DNA from: Lama glama
Taxonomy: Eukaryota
Direction of reading: 5' to 3'
Length of the DNA stretch: 64,000 bases
Assembly: GCA_028534125.1 (NCBI GenBank)
Contig: CM052817.1
Span: 20,338,001-20,402,000, forward strand
Below, in pieces: positions 13,547-26,912 of the stretch. The position numbers and the translations under genes are program-made. Each line of letters begins with the position of its first letter. Positions within the stretch are counted from its first letter, which is position 1. The notes beneath the pieces are model-generated. The model saw nothing but the letters and a program-made list of their open reading frames with translations, was not told the DNA's origin and searched no databases.

Positions 13547-14199
13547 AGTGGTATTATTCTAAGGATGTTGAAAAAAAAAAAAAGAATTGTTTAAATCCCT
13601 TCTTCTTCACATGATTTCTAACACTGAATAATCCTAGAAGATATGCTCCATCAAAGAGAGTTAGCATTTTCAAATAAACTCAAGATTACTGGTTGCACAT
13701 ACCTTAGTAGAGTTGCATCTCAACTTATTTTATCTTAGTAGAACCTGATAGAAGGAACACCAAAAGTAACCTGAAATAGTAATGAAAGCAACTCTGAAGT
13801 CACTAAAGATAAATTAGTATAATTCATAATAACTGCACTCAACACTAGTTTCAAAACTTAGACTGACCCTTCAACTACCTTAATCACTCTGTCATGAGTT
13901 AGATGTGTACTTTGTGCCAGTTCTGCACTGATATCCTCAAGCCTCCAGCATCCCTGGTCGAGACCTGCAGGAACAAAGTGTGTGGTTGGTTGTACCAACT
14001 GTGTCCTGCCATATTCCCTCCAACTCAGAGGGGAGGTAGGGAACAGGGACTGAAATTTATCTGAATATATGCTCACCTATTTATACCCCTAGGACCTGAA
14101 GAAGAGGTGCTTTTTTCCAGCTAATTTTCTCCTAAGTTCCACTTGTGCTAGCAGAATTTGTTGGGTTTAGCTCTGTAGTAATGGATCACCATGCCTACA

Positions 14200-15420
14200 T
14201 TTATAGTAGGTTACACTACATAGTGCCTACATACTATAGTACGTTAGAGAGCCTTTTGGTGCTGGGTGGGACCACAACAGTGACAGAGACAGAGTGCTTG
14301 CCTTCCAACAGTTTATATTGAAAAAAGAAATTTAAAAAAAAAATTCTAGATTTATAATAATTGCTAATACAGAGATAATAACAAAGTTTTGGAACATTTT
14401 TAGGACAGTCCAGTTTCCTAGAAGAGTTACTCTTTAAATCAAAGCTCAAGACTGAGTAAGAATTAGCCATGAGAAGAAATGGAATAATAGAAATTTCAGT
14501 TAAACCCAAAATCATAAGCAAATTCCAAGAAGCCAGAAGCAGTAGCTTATTCATAAGACTGCAAAATGTTCAGTTCATTTAGAGTAGGTGGAGAGGGCAG
14601 GAGAAAAACTGCAGGTATAAGCAAAGGCCAAATCATGAAAGACCCTGAATGTATCTTAGAGAAAATAAATACAGCCAATGACACATTTAAAAGCAAGAAA
14701 AATAATCAGATTAAATATTAAAATGATGACTTAATAGGTAGTGGGAGAAATAAATTGGAAGGCAAGGCTAGAAACTAGAAGAAGTGAATATAAAATCCAA
14801 GATTGAATATATGGCCTGAACTATGATTCTAGAAGGAAAGAAGTGAACATATGTGAAAAATAATAATGAATAGCTGTGGCTGATTGCATCTGGAGGTGGA
14901 AAATAAAGGAATCAAGGAAGACTCAGGATTTGGGGGAACAAGATAGAGAACAAGGGAGGAAAATTGGGAAGGATAGGGTGAAGATAGTTTGGTTTTGGAT
15001 AAATTGGATTTGAAGCCATTATGGTATGCTTTTGGTGGAGGTGTTGAATGATACATCATATATAAAAGTTCATGAGTGAGATGAATCTTGGAAATTTGTA
15101 ACGTCATCTGCACCTATGTGTTTGCTGAAGAAAAGCAGCTGGAGTAGCTGGGATCCACAGAGAAAATACAGAAGAAAGTATTAGACTAGGGCTCATAACA
15201 GCACCTTGAAGAACAACTACATTTTACAGCACAGACGGAAGAGAGGAGACTATGAAAGGAATTCAGGAGTAGGCCCGAAATGTACGCTCGTGTATGGAAA
15301 CTAATGGGAAGGAGTGTTCCAAGTAAAACGAGGTCAACAGTTTCAAATGAGGCAGAGGAATATAGTAGATAAAGACTGAAAATTATCTTGATTTGGCCAC
15401 AAAGAGAGAATTGTTCAGTG
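14200..15420 (-). mobile_element. decayed L2
   Basis: Purine-rich antisense L2 phrases such as ggaatcaaggaagactcaggattt and ggtcaacagtttcaaatg. Confidence 0.7.
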
Positions 15421-18039
15421 CAATTACTGGCCTAAAAAGTGACTTATCTCTGAGCTGGCCCACATTTTAGGTTTAAAATGTTTTAATTAAGGACATAAGG
15501 CCATTCATAGTATTAGTAAGTTCTAATAAACATTAGTTGATTGATCAATTAATCTTTCATTTTCATAATCAGTTAAACTTATGTACATGAACTTTGTACA
15601 CTGAATACAAACCCAGCAATCCCGTGAACAAATCAGAAGAGACACTTTTACAACGCTGGACATTGTCTCTTAATTAAAGTCATTTTCTAAATACAGCTGA
15701 GTACCAACCCTTAGATTACATACAGGGACATGGAATCCAAGTAATCCATGCCTCTTTATTTCGTAGATATAGCAGAAAACTGAGTTAGTTTTAGTATTCT
15801 GAATAAATAAGAACTCTATATCCTGGAGAATTATTTGGCAACACACAGAGTTGTGTCCTAGGAAAACCTGTTTCCCACTCATATTTGCATTACCTTTGAA
15901 ATAAGTCCTTCATGGATGACTGCCAGTGGAAAAATCATGAAATGAATAACACGTGGATGAATGGAAAAGAGTACACATTATGTAATGGAAAGCAGATTGC
16001 AAGAGCTAATGGGATTAACCCAGAGTGCCCCAAAGAGAAATATTAGACCATAAGTAGATCCATTAGATTCATCAGTAAATAAATACTTTCATGAAACAGA
16101 AAAATTACAGTATGTAGTTACCCTCTGTAGGTGACACTTGTCTTGTTTGTTCTTACCCTGTTTTTTGCACCCTCTCTTGAAAATATGTTCACTAAGAAAT
16201 CTCTCTCACCATCGTGTTTCTGTTTTGAGATTTACTCTCTAACTATGCCTGTAAGTCAGTCCCATTTTCTTCCCTCTCTCACCAATCCAAGGGAATCTGT
16301 CCCTTGTTCTTGTCCAGCAGGCCAGCTACTCAGATGAATTACTCTAACCTGTGGTGTACTGGAGATATTCTGACCCCCCCTCAGACTATGTGTCCTTAAT
16401 AGGCATTTAATAAAGTATCTGTAGACAATTTTAGTGTCTCCCCACCCTTAAAGCATGGAGGAGATGTACTGTGTTGTTAAACCAGTGCCTAGCAGAAACA
16501 GACATTCCAATTTTTAAAATACTGATTATAAGTGAGTTCTTCATAATTTGATTTCAGCACAGTGTTCCATTGATTCAAAACATGGTTCAAGAGGAAAACA
16601 GTTGTCAGTCAGTTTTTCAGAATTTATGTTCCCAATGTCATCATTTTGTTACTCAAGGCAATTGTTGATATGGCTATAAGAGGCTGAGATACACGCACAC
16701 AGATACATGCTTACACGGTGTCCTCAGAAGATAAAAATACTGCAAAACTTCATGAACTCATTGATGATATAGGTCTTACTTCAGTTGAAAGTAAAAGTTA
16801 CTGAATAATTATGGAATGTATATAAAACATTTAGATTCAGAAATAAATATTCTGATAATTCCATTCAAACATATGCTTTGATTCAGAGCTGTATTTTCAA
16901 AAAAAAGAAAACAGGGAAGATTGGTTAAGGAAAAATAATCTCTCTCCTTCTTTCTCTCTCAATCTTTTTTGGTAAAGATCTTTTCAAAGGACATAAAAAT
17001 CCTCAGGGATGATATTCTTCTTTCCTCCTAAATAACCCTTCACAGTGTTGCTTTATGTTAACTTTTCCAGAGCTTTTAATTTTCAAATATAACATTCTGA
17101 AGATCTCCTCCTGACAGCAGAGCTCAAAAACTAGTCTTCTCACATTTAATGATTCTTTACATAATTGCATTTTTCTTGTTGAATAACCTAGAACAGAATT
17201 TTAACATAATGTAGAATTTGACTTTGAAAATACATATAATTTATAAATATCCTTGAAATAAATATAATTTTGGTATAGTATATTCTAAATTTGACTTTGT
17301 AACTTCTTTGTGAGCTTTCAAATTTCCCTATTACTTCTGGTGTTTTTCTTTCAGTTGACACCATGTTGTAAAATAAACGTATCCTATAGTAATGCAGATC
17401 CTAATGTAGTGGATTTTTCTACATGGATAAGATACTTCCATTAAACCTTCAAAAGGACACCAGAGTAAGTATTGAGTTTCTACAGCATTCCAATAAAGGA
17501 TATTGTAAGCCTTGCAAGTTTTCTAACCCCCAAATCAAACTAGGTAAGTAACAGACCACTCCATTCCTGCCTAAGGTGTGTCCTATCTTCTAGACTGATC
17601 AGCAGTGCAACAGACAATATGAAATATTGAACCAAGATCACTTAGTACTCTTGGAACTATACCATCAGAATCTGTATCAATATCTAGCACATGGCGTTTT
17701 GAAGTATATGTCTGTAATTTGACCTGAGATGTCCTAATCATTTTTGAGTATCTAGAGCCACATCACCCCTTCCAATCCACAAAAAAACTAATCTTAGAAA
17801 GTCTTCAGAATTAAAAAAAGGGAACAAAATCTCTTTCAAAGTTTTATCTAATCCTCACTTCATATTTTATAAAACATACAAAGTCATACATTTTAAATAT
17901 TTAAATAGCTAAAACAAACAAAAAAAGAAGAATAAAACCCCACCTAATGCCTGTAACTACTTTCAAAAACTTGAAATAAATTGTAAGTATATAATTTTTT
18001 TTAATCAATTAAACATTTAATTGAAATACTTAAATGAAA

Positions 18040-18545
18040 AATCTTAATAGCTGCCCCTTGACCACAGAATAAAATCCAAAGCCAATTAAATGTCATACAG
18101 GGCCTTGTGCAAATTGATTCTTAATAAACTTCTAAATTTCATTCTTACCATTTACCTTTTTGCACTCATTTGCCTTTGGGCCTTTCCACATTCTTTTTTT
18201 CCTCTGAATCTGGACCACTATTTCCTCTAGGTTTTGTATCTCATTCTTTGTACCTCCAGGAAGCATTCTACCCCCAGTTCCTTTCGGTCCCCTGATCTCC
18301 ACACACATATGGTAACATTTGTATCAGGGTCTTCTCTTATGTAGTGTCACAGCACAAGGGACTTCCTCCATTGGAACCTCCACTGGAACTGCATTCTAGT
18401 TTTCTGTTTGAACTATTATCCTGGAAGGGAGGAACCACAGCCGTCATACTCAACACTTATATCTCAAGTGCTTAGCCTAGTAACTAGCATATAATAGGTG
18501 CTCAATATTATGTATCCACAAATGGATGAATTATTGAAGAATCAG
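18040..18545 (+). mobile_element. L2 3' fragment
   Basis: cagaataaaatccaaa...tagcatataataggtgctcaatatt...atggatgaat tail. Confidence 0.7.
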
Positions 18546-20490
18546 TGTAAGAATTAATGAAAATATATAACATCAAAATAGACAAGAACACATTTATTTA
18601 ATTCGGGGTATTAAAACAAAAAGGCTTTGCTGAAAAGAAAGAAAACACAACAAAAAAAATACATAATACATTTGTCCTGGAAGTATGAATTAAAACTTTT
18701 TTCCCCTGTTTCTGAGAAAGTATTGTAACGAAATAAATTTCCTTTTGAAGTAAATTACTTTAAAGGTGCATACATTTGGCCATTCTAAAATTACAACTTT
18801 CCCATTTGTTCTGCAGTTAATTCCTTCTTATGCAGGGTAACGTGGGTTTTAGTCACTCTGCACGACACTGTTATGACTTATTCTACATTATAAAATAACC
18901 TTTCTGTCTTTAACCAAGCTATTCAAGTCTGCAAGTTAAAAGGAAAAAAATAATAATAATTTACATTTTTTTAAAACAGGTTCAAGACAGACTTGACCCT
19001 TAAAGAATGTCATGAGTTCTTTTCTGTTTCTCAGTGCCTCTAAAAGTTCTTTTGATTTAAAAGCAGCAACTTTTCTACCAATTTTACAGTTTTAACAGAA
19101 ACTTTATTTTACCCATTAACATGAGAATTTTTCTGAAAAACTTTAGAAAACAGAACTGCATTTAAAGACAATGAATTGTTTCTATGTATTTATTATTTAT
19201 CATTGTAACATTACATGAAACTTCAAAACATAATAATGAAATTAATCATCACTATAATATTGTTATTTATTGCTAAGTGTTTTATATGTGAGGCTTATTT
19301 TAATCACTACCAACAATAGATTACATTACAGGTACTCTAAAATATGTGCTTAAGGAATCAGCATGCATAAATAACTCCCTCCCTAAAGAAAAAAGGGGAA
19401 ATTATTTGATATTATTTTTAAAATGACATAAAATATTTTCATCATAGGGAGAATAAAAATACTGTTGGACTTTTTTCTAATTAATCTATGGTTTAGAAAT
19501 ATTTCCATTTTGACTTGCATATGAAGAAATTTAATAAACAGGTCAATGCTTGGGCTTCTCAACTTCTTAATTTATCCCTATTTGTTACAACAGTCTTATA
19601 AGATAATTGATATCATAATCTCTAATGTACTGATAAAGAAATGGAGCTTTATACTACCAAAAGCCACATAGAGTCAATGCAATCCTTATCAAGATACCAG
19701 TGCCATTTTTTTTTTACAGCAGTAGAAAAGCACTCCTAAAATTTATATATAACCACAAAAGATCCTAGATAGCCAAAGAAATCCTGGGAAAGAAGAACAA
19801 AGCAGGAGGCATCACACCTGATTTCAAGCTATGTCGTGAAGCTATAGTCATCAAAAGAATATGGTACTGGCACAAAAACAGACAAATAGACCAATGGAAC
19901 AGAGCTGAGAGCCCAGAAGTAAACCCAAACATATACGGTCAACTAATATTTGACAAGGGAGCCAAGAATACTAAATGGAGAAAAGACAGTCTTCAGTATA
20001 TGGTCTGGTTTAATTTGATAGTCACATGTAAAAGAATAGACCTGTATCTTACTGGATTAAAGGCTTAAATGTAAAACTTGAAACCATAAAACTAGAAGAA
20101 AACATAGGAATAAATCTCCTCGAAGTAAGTCTTAGTAAGAATTTTTTGGATAAAACATCTAAAGCACAAGAAACAAAATGAAAAATAAACAAGTGAAACT
20201 ACATCAAATGAAAAGCCTCTGGACAGCAAAAGTAACCAGCAATAAAGTAAAAAGACAACCTACAGAGTAGGAAAAATATCTGCAAACCATTTATCTGATA
20301 AGGGGTTAATATCTAAAATATATGAAGAACTCAAACAATTCAATACCGATCCCCCTTCCGCACCCGGCCAAATAACCCAACTGAAAAATGGGCAAAGGAT
20401 CTGAATAGGCATTTCTCCAGAGAAGATACATGAAAGCTCAACAGCTACATGGAAAGATGCTCAGTGTCACCAGTCATTATGAAAATGCAA

Positions 20491-20584
20491 CTACTTTTTA
20501 TTTTTATTGAAGTATAGTCAGTTTACAATATTGTGTTAATTTCTGGTGTACAGCATAGTGATTCAGCTATATATATATATTTTT
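20491..20584 (-). mobile_element. short L1 3' end nested antisense in an older L1
   Basis: tttttattgaagtatagtcagtttacaatattgtgttaatttctggtgtacagc; TSD tgaaaatgcaa (20480-20490) and tgaaagtgcaa (20585-20595). Confidence 0.85.
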
Positions 20585-20946
20585 TGAAAGTGCAAATTAA
20601 AACCACAATGAGATATTACCTCATAACCATTAGAATGATCATTATCAAAAAGACAAGAAATAGTAAATAATAGCATAGATGTGGAGAAAGGGAACTCTTG
20701 TGCACTGTTGTTGGAACGGTAAATTAGTGCAGCCACTATGGACAATAGTAAGGAGGAGTCTCAAAAAATTAAAAATAGAGCTACCATATGATGCAGCAAT
20801 TCCACTACTGGGTATTTATCCAAAGGAAACAAAAACACTAACTTGAAAGTTATCTGCATGCTCAGAGGATCATTATTAACAATAGCCAAGACATGGAAAC
20901 AAGCTAGGTAGATGCCCATATGATAAAGTTATGACATATGTGTGTG

Positions 20947-20950
<4 letters not shown>

Positions 20951-20980
<30 letters not shown>
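20951..20980. repeat. (CA)15 microsatellite
   Basis: Read directly from the sequence. Confidence 0.98.
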
Positions 20981-20983
<3 letters not shown>

Positions 20984-21311
20984 ACAATGGAAGATTATTC
21001 AGCCAAAAAAACCCCAAGAAAATCCTACCATTTGTGAGAAAATGGATAAACCCTGAAGGCATCATGCTAAGTAAGTATGTCAGACAGATTTATGCAGGAT
21101 CTAGAGAGAAAAAAAAAAAACTTACAGAAAAAAAGATCAGACTGGGTGGTTACCAGAGGTGAAGGGTGGGAGGAGGGAAAACTAGAGGAAAGTGGTCAAA
21201 AGTTCAGATTTCTAGTTATAAGATAAATAAGTGCCAGGGATATAATATAATGTAAAACATAATAAATATAAGCAATACTGGGTGTATGATATATAGGAAA
21301 GTCACAGAGAG

Positions 21312-21811
21312 NNNNNNNNNNNNNNNNNNNNNNNNNNNNNNNNNNNNNNNNNNNNNNNNNNNNNNNNNNNNNNNNNNNNNNNNNNNNNNNNNNNNNNNNN
21401 NNNNNNNNNNNNNNNNNNNNNNNNNNNNNNNNNNNNNNNNNNNNNNNNNNNNNNNNNNNNNNNNNNNNNNNNNNNNNNNNNNNNNNNNNNNNNNNNNNNN
21501 NNNNNNNNNNNNNNNNNNNNNNNNNNNNNNNNNNNNNNNNNNNNNNNNNNNNNNNNNNNNNNNNNNNNNNNNNNNNNNNNNNNNNNNNNNNNNNNNNNNN
21601 NNNNNNNNNNNNNNNNNNNNNNNNNNNNNNNNNNNNNNNNNNNNNNNNNNNNNNNNNNNNNNNNNNNNNNNNNNNNNNNNNNNNNNNNNNNNNNNNNNNN
21701 NNNNNNNNNNNNNNNNNNNNNNNNNNNNNNNNNNNNNNNNNNNNNNNNNNNNNNNNNNNNNNNNNNNNNNNNNNNNNNNNNNNNNNNNNNNNNNNNNNNN
21801 NNNNNNNNNNN
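21312..21811. other. assembly gap (500 N)
   Basis: Run of N; the round length suggests a placeholder of unknown size. Confidence 1.
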
Positions 21812-22219
21812 GTGGCCTCTCACATGGTAACTTCTCAGAAAATGTGGGATTATGATATGATTATAATTAATTTTGGTTCTCCTATTTTGAGAAAAGACTC
21901 CTCATTTTTCAAAAAGGATAACAGGATATCCTTCAGTATCAAGTTCTAGGCATGGGGACAAAGCTGCTGAACTGAGAATGAAATGTCATTAAATTCCTCA
22001 AAACTTAAGAAAACCACCAGCCACCTCCCCCAAAGTGGCTGAGAAGTGCCCTTCCCATAAACACATCCTCACCTCCCCCCAAGATACAACTCTAGGACCC
22101 AGAGGGGAAAAGTTTGCCTTTGAAAGAATACAATGTTCCTGAAGATTGGAGGAAGAAGGGATGCCTTCTCTCCCCAAAGCCAAGAGCATCCTCCTGAATA
22201 AGCAGCACAGGTCAGTCAA

Positions 22220-22742
22220 TGTCTTAATCTTCTCGAGCTGCCAAAACGAAACTACATAGACTGGGTAGCTTAACAGAAATTTACTCGGAGAAGTTTTCTT
22301 TAAGCTAACAGAATACAAGTTAAATTATCTGACCTTAGTTTGTGACCTTAGTCCAGTCAAATAACTGCTATGTTTCTTCACTTTTAAATGTAAGTTGTTT
22401 GAATAAGGGAAATGTATCTTCTCACAGTTCTGGAGGCTAGAAGTCTGAATCAGGGTGCCTGCATGGCTGGGTTCAGGTGAAGGCTCTCTTTCTAGCTTTC
22501 AGAAGGCTGCCATCACACTGGCCCTTCCTCAGTGCTTGCAAGTGGAGAGAGCAAGAGACCGGGTTTTTCTTTTCACAAGGGCACTAATACCATCATGAGA
22601 TCCACACCCTGATGACCTCATCTAACAGAGTATTTCCCAAAGTCTCCATCTCCAAGTAACATCACCTGAGGGTATTCGGTATACTTTAGCGGTTAGAACT
22701 TCAACATATGAATTTTGAAGGGCACAAACATTCAGTTCCTAA
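22220..22742 (-). mobile_element. MaLR solo LTR (MLT1A-like), interrupted at ~22288-22418
   Basis: tgtcttaatc...agactgggtagcttaacagaaattta then ttctcacagttctggaggctagaagtc...ttcaacatatgaattttg...cacaaacattcagt. Confidence 0.88.
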
Positions 22743-22866
22743 TGGGTAAGTTTTGCAGAGTGGGGACCTTGAGTGGGCAGGGATTGAACCTCCTGTAAGG
22801 ATTTTGTTTGGCGCTTTCCTCCCTACCTCATCTTCCAATGTCAGTGGTCCACCACAGTAATGAATA

Positions 22867-22930
22867 GCCCTCTTGTGGAAGAATGTTCCAGAAAAATGGC
22901 CCTCTTGTGGAAGAATGTTCTAGAAAAATT
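22867..22930. repeat. 32-bp tandem duplication, each unit containing a heat shock element
   Basis: gccctcttgtggaagaatgttccagaaaaatg followed by gccctcttgtggaagaatgttctagaaaaatt (30/32 identical). Confidence 0.95.
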
Positions 22931-23324
22931 AAAGTTTTGGAAATGGTAACTTTCTTTGTCAATCACTTGATGTTCCCACCTTTAACTTTGGAGAGTAAAG
23001 TACCCTTAATCTCAACAGCCACGAGTTGAAGAAGGGAGGGACACTCTTCCATGGGAACTGCACTTCTGCAACACATGACCTTCCTCCCACACAGGCCCCT
23101 CCTATGTCAACAGAAAAATAATTTGGTAGCATGTCACTTTTCTCCTGTTTGGTGCCTCTCAGCAAGCTAAACAGTGATGTGACAACCACAGCTGGTGTTT
23201 TATCTGACAAGAGTGTGTGGGATACTGAACAGCTTTTGTCCCCAGATGTGGGCCTTAGTCATCAAGCCATGCACTTGGCAATTAACACTACCCTTGTATG
23301 AATTAGACACAAGCATAGAAAAAT

Positions 23325-23503
23325 GGCCTTAAATTTTAGCAAGCATCAAAATGCATGGGGTTTATTAAGCCACAGATCTCTCGGCCCCACCCCAAGATTT
23401 CTAATTTGGTAGATTTGAGGAAGGGCTTAAAAATTTTGCCTTTTTAATAAGTTCCTAGGAATGCTGCTGTAACTAGTCCTGGGACCACCCTTGGAGAACC
23501 ACC
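23325..23503. mobile_element. MER5A-like hAT-Charlie DNA transposon
   Basis: ggccccaccccaagatttctaatt...aagttcctaggaatgctgctg...gggaccacccttggagaaccac. Confidence 0.85.
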
Positions 23504-26335
23504 AACATATTCTAAGCCCAGTGCATGGTACATTCTCCTATAAAATGGTAAGTCTTCTGTCAAGTTGGTTTATTACTATCTTCAAAAGTTAAGATTTCAT
23601 CAATTATATTTTATACTCAATAAAATTAATGCCTTATACTTTTTTTCTACTCCCTTACACAGTGAATGTTTAAAATGCATGTGGGTTTACTGACACTTAC
23701 AGCACAGGATTTAAGGGTAATAACCACAGGGTTCTGGAGGGCATTTCATGATCACTTGCTGTTAAGACCATGTATCTTTTATATTATAGCATCTCCCTCT
23801 TCAAAAGGAAAGTATAACAACCAGAATGTTAATAAATACCCTGATATGTTCTCCATGAAGTCAATTTTGCTTAGTCAATTCTAGAGTCACAGGCACCAGC
23901 TCTTCATTCAAAAAAAAAAAAAGCCAATGAAATAGATTATTTAACATCTACTTTTGCTTATAAGACTAAAAATGCATTTTAATTATGTGAGGAAATGTTC
24001 CTGATATCCACATCCAATATTCTCTTTTTCTTTTAGTCTGATTTTAGCTTTATTGAATTGGTAGTGATCTAAGTATTTCTTCTTCTAAATATTGCAGGTA
24101 AGTCCTGAACTTAGAGGAAAGGCTATCAGAACTTTAGCTACAGCAGTAGTGGCAAGAGGGCTCTGTTATCAAGTGTGTTAATTATTTATTCACACCTGGT
24201 TCACCACTGATTAACAAAACCTATTAAGGCCTTCCCTTGAAGACCTTGCTGTTGACATGTATTTGCAGCTGTTGTTGATTTTTTTCCAAATTAGCACATT
24301 ATGTGTTTGGAAAACAGACAAAAAACAGCTGCAGTGTCTGAATGCATTTATTATGTACTCTTCTCAAAATGCTATTTGGGTTTCCTAGGAACTGATGAAG
24401 TCAGAGTGAAAGGCACTGTTAACTTGTGCTTCTAGTACTTTTAGGTCTAGCAGAAACAAAGTTGAAGGAATCACATTAAAACTTCAGCCTTCACTTTGGA
24501 AACAGATTCCACAGATTTCAGAAGACAAATGTTCAATAATGTGCATAAAAAGAAGTGCCACTCCACAGTAGTTTCCCTTTCAAGTCAAGAAAAAGCTAAG
24601 TGATTAAAAATGCAGATGGCTTTAGATGGACTTAAATGTTTATTAAAATACCATTACCTTGACTTTCATATTATGCTATGCTGAATGCTTTACGAGTTTT
24701 ATAGTCCCTCCTAAAGCCATCTAGCTTCAGGCTGTAGTAGTAAAATACTACTTTTAAAGGCTGGATTAATAACTGAAAAAATATTTTGATATTTAAGATC
24801 TTTATTGTTGCCGCTTTAGAGCAGCAACAAGCAAAATATCTTCCTGAAGTAAACTAACTGGCATTCAGTCGGGTTTAGAAATCATCCCGTCTCCAAAGGG
24901 GCCAGCAGCCACACGGACACAAGACAACTTTCTAAAAGTCGAGGGACTGTTTGCTTTCCTCCCCAGATACTGTGCAGACTCATCCCTCTTATATGAAAAG
25001 TAAATAAGACAATGAGAGAAGTGAAGGCATATTGAATTAAATTTCCAACTGCACCTGCTTCTCTCCTCTCCCCTATACTCCAAAATCATGGAAAAATGCT
25101 TACTCCTGCTGATCTTTCCACTATTCCAAGTTCCACTTTCCAGTAGAGAAGCTATAGCGTGGAGGACAGACTTGTGTAACAGGCAGATATTCTGTTATCA
25201 TTGCCAGCCCTGACAATACAACTTCCATGAAGCTGTACAAAGCTTTTTCAAATTTTAAGACCAAAAATATGCACATTCATCTTTATCAGAGACAGGTGTT
25301 GTCTAATTAGCATTCTCTGTTTACTTCATGGTTCTTGTCACAGATATGCTTACTAGATCAGACATACACATCTGTCCCTGTTATTAATTATGCTGAAAAA
25401 CACTAGATCATTTTAAATAAAATACCATAATATATTGTAAGGCCACAGCCCTTTGTTCTTGCTGTCTCCCTACCCGGAAACAAACTTCACTTGGTTCTTA
25501 CCTACATGACACTTGGCTGTGTGAGCCAAGTTAATGAATGGGAACATGATAAACAGATGTCTATCTTAAGCAAAAAAAAAATGTATTAGTAGCCCACAGA
25601 GTTACTGGGAAAACTAGAACTAGAAAACCAAGAGAAGTCAAAGTAGTTCTGGTAGGCCCAGCAGCAGAGAACACATCCCCAGCATGAAAGAATCTATTTA
25701 TCTTTGTCTAATTTGCCTGGTATGAACAATTCTACGTAGAAACTTTTGATAGATTCATTCCCCAGCACACTTCATTCCAGCTGGCATGGAAATATGTACC
25801 TTGGGAAGCAGGACGTTTCTTCTTGCCAAAAAAGACACAGTTGGGAGCTCCCCAAATGTTAAGAAGTGATATATAATTGTAGGAAGAAGAATGACAAATG
25901 CACTCACCAAATGACAAACTCCCAGCTTAAGCCTGAACTCCCAAATAAAACCTTTAACACTTCAATTTTATCATTTTTTCCCTTTTGACAACCTCAGGAT
26001 TATCTAGATTTGCTGTCAGTTTACCACTTGCATGTATTAAGTCTATTTTAGAATTTTCTCACATTTATAGGTTAGCTCTTCAACCAGATTATTAGTTCCT
26101 TGAAGACACAGAACATGTTCTAAATTTTTGTATTTTATCACAACATACACACAACTCCAAACAGAGATAGCAGAGTGATTAATGGCTAGACTGAAGCTGG
26201 GCCCAAATGAATATTAACAAGCATGACATCAAATGAGACAATACATAAGTAGAGTTATTGTTTAAGTGATACTGTTACAGCAAAATACTTATTTAAGGAA
26301 ACTTTTCTAAGATACTCCTTCACAATGACTATTAT

Positions 26336-26912
26336 TTATATCTCAGGGATGAATTCCACTTGAATTCCACTTGATCATAACGTCTGAAGACCCAAATAAA
26401 TACAATTATAAATGAAGGTAAAGACATAATACCTGATACCACAGAAATACAAATGATCATAAGAGACTACTATAAACAACTATATGCCAACATACTGGAC
26501 AACCTAGAAGAAATGGGTACATTTCTATTAACATGCAACCTACCAAGACTGAATCATAAATAAAGAGAAAATTGGACAGACCAATAAATAACTGAGAAAT
26601 TTGACTCACTAATAAAACCTTCCCAACATAGAAAAGCCTAGGACCAGATGGTTTCACTGGTGAATTTTACCAAATATATGAAGAAGAATGAATGAAGATC
26701 CTAATCAAACTCTTCCAAAATACTGAAGAGGAGAGAACACTCCCAAACACATTTTAGGAGGCCAGCATTACCAATACCAAAGCCAGATAAGGAAACCATA
26801 GAGAAACAAAACTACAGGCCAAAATCCCTAACAAATAGAGATGCAAAAATTCTCAACAAAATACTAGCAAACCAAATTCAACAGCACATAAGAGGCTCGC
26901 ACACCATGATCA
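26336..26912. mobile_element. L1 ORF2 internal fragment with an inversion junction
   Basis: 26386-26912 is sense ORF2 (ggaccagatggtttcactggtgaatt, gatgcaaaaattctcaacaaaatactagcaaacc); 26336-26378 is the adjacent ORF2 sequence in antisense. Confidence 0.88.

Larger units (their letters stand above)
19652..21311 (+). mobile_element. L1 fragment (ORF2 C-terminal part plus 3' UTR, L1MA-like), running into the assembly gap
   Basis: ORF2 motifs atggtactggcacaaaaacagacaaatagaccaatggaacaga, tttgacaagggagccaaga, cagcaattccactactgggtatttatcc; many stops and frameshifts. Confidence 0.95.

Noticed and set aside
21286..21855. Longest ORFs in the track (189 and 173 aa)
   Set aside because: Artefacts of translating through the 500-N gap.
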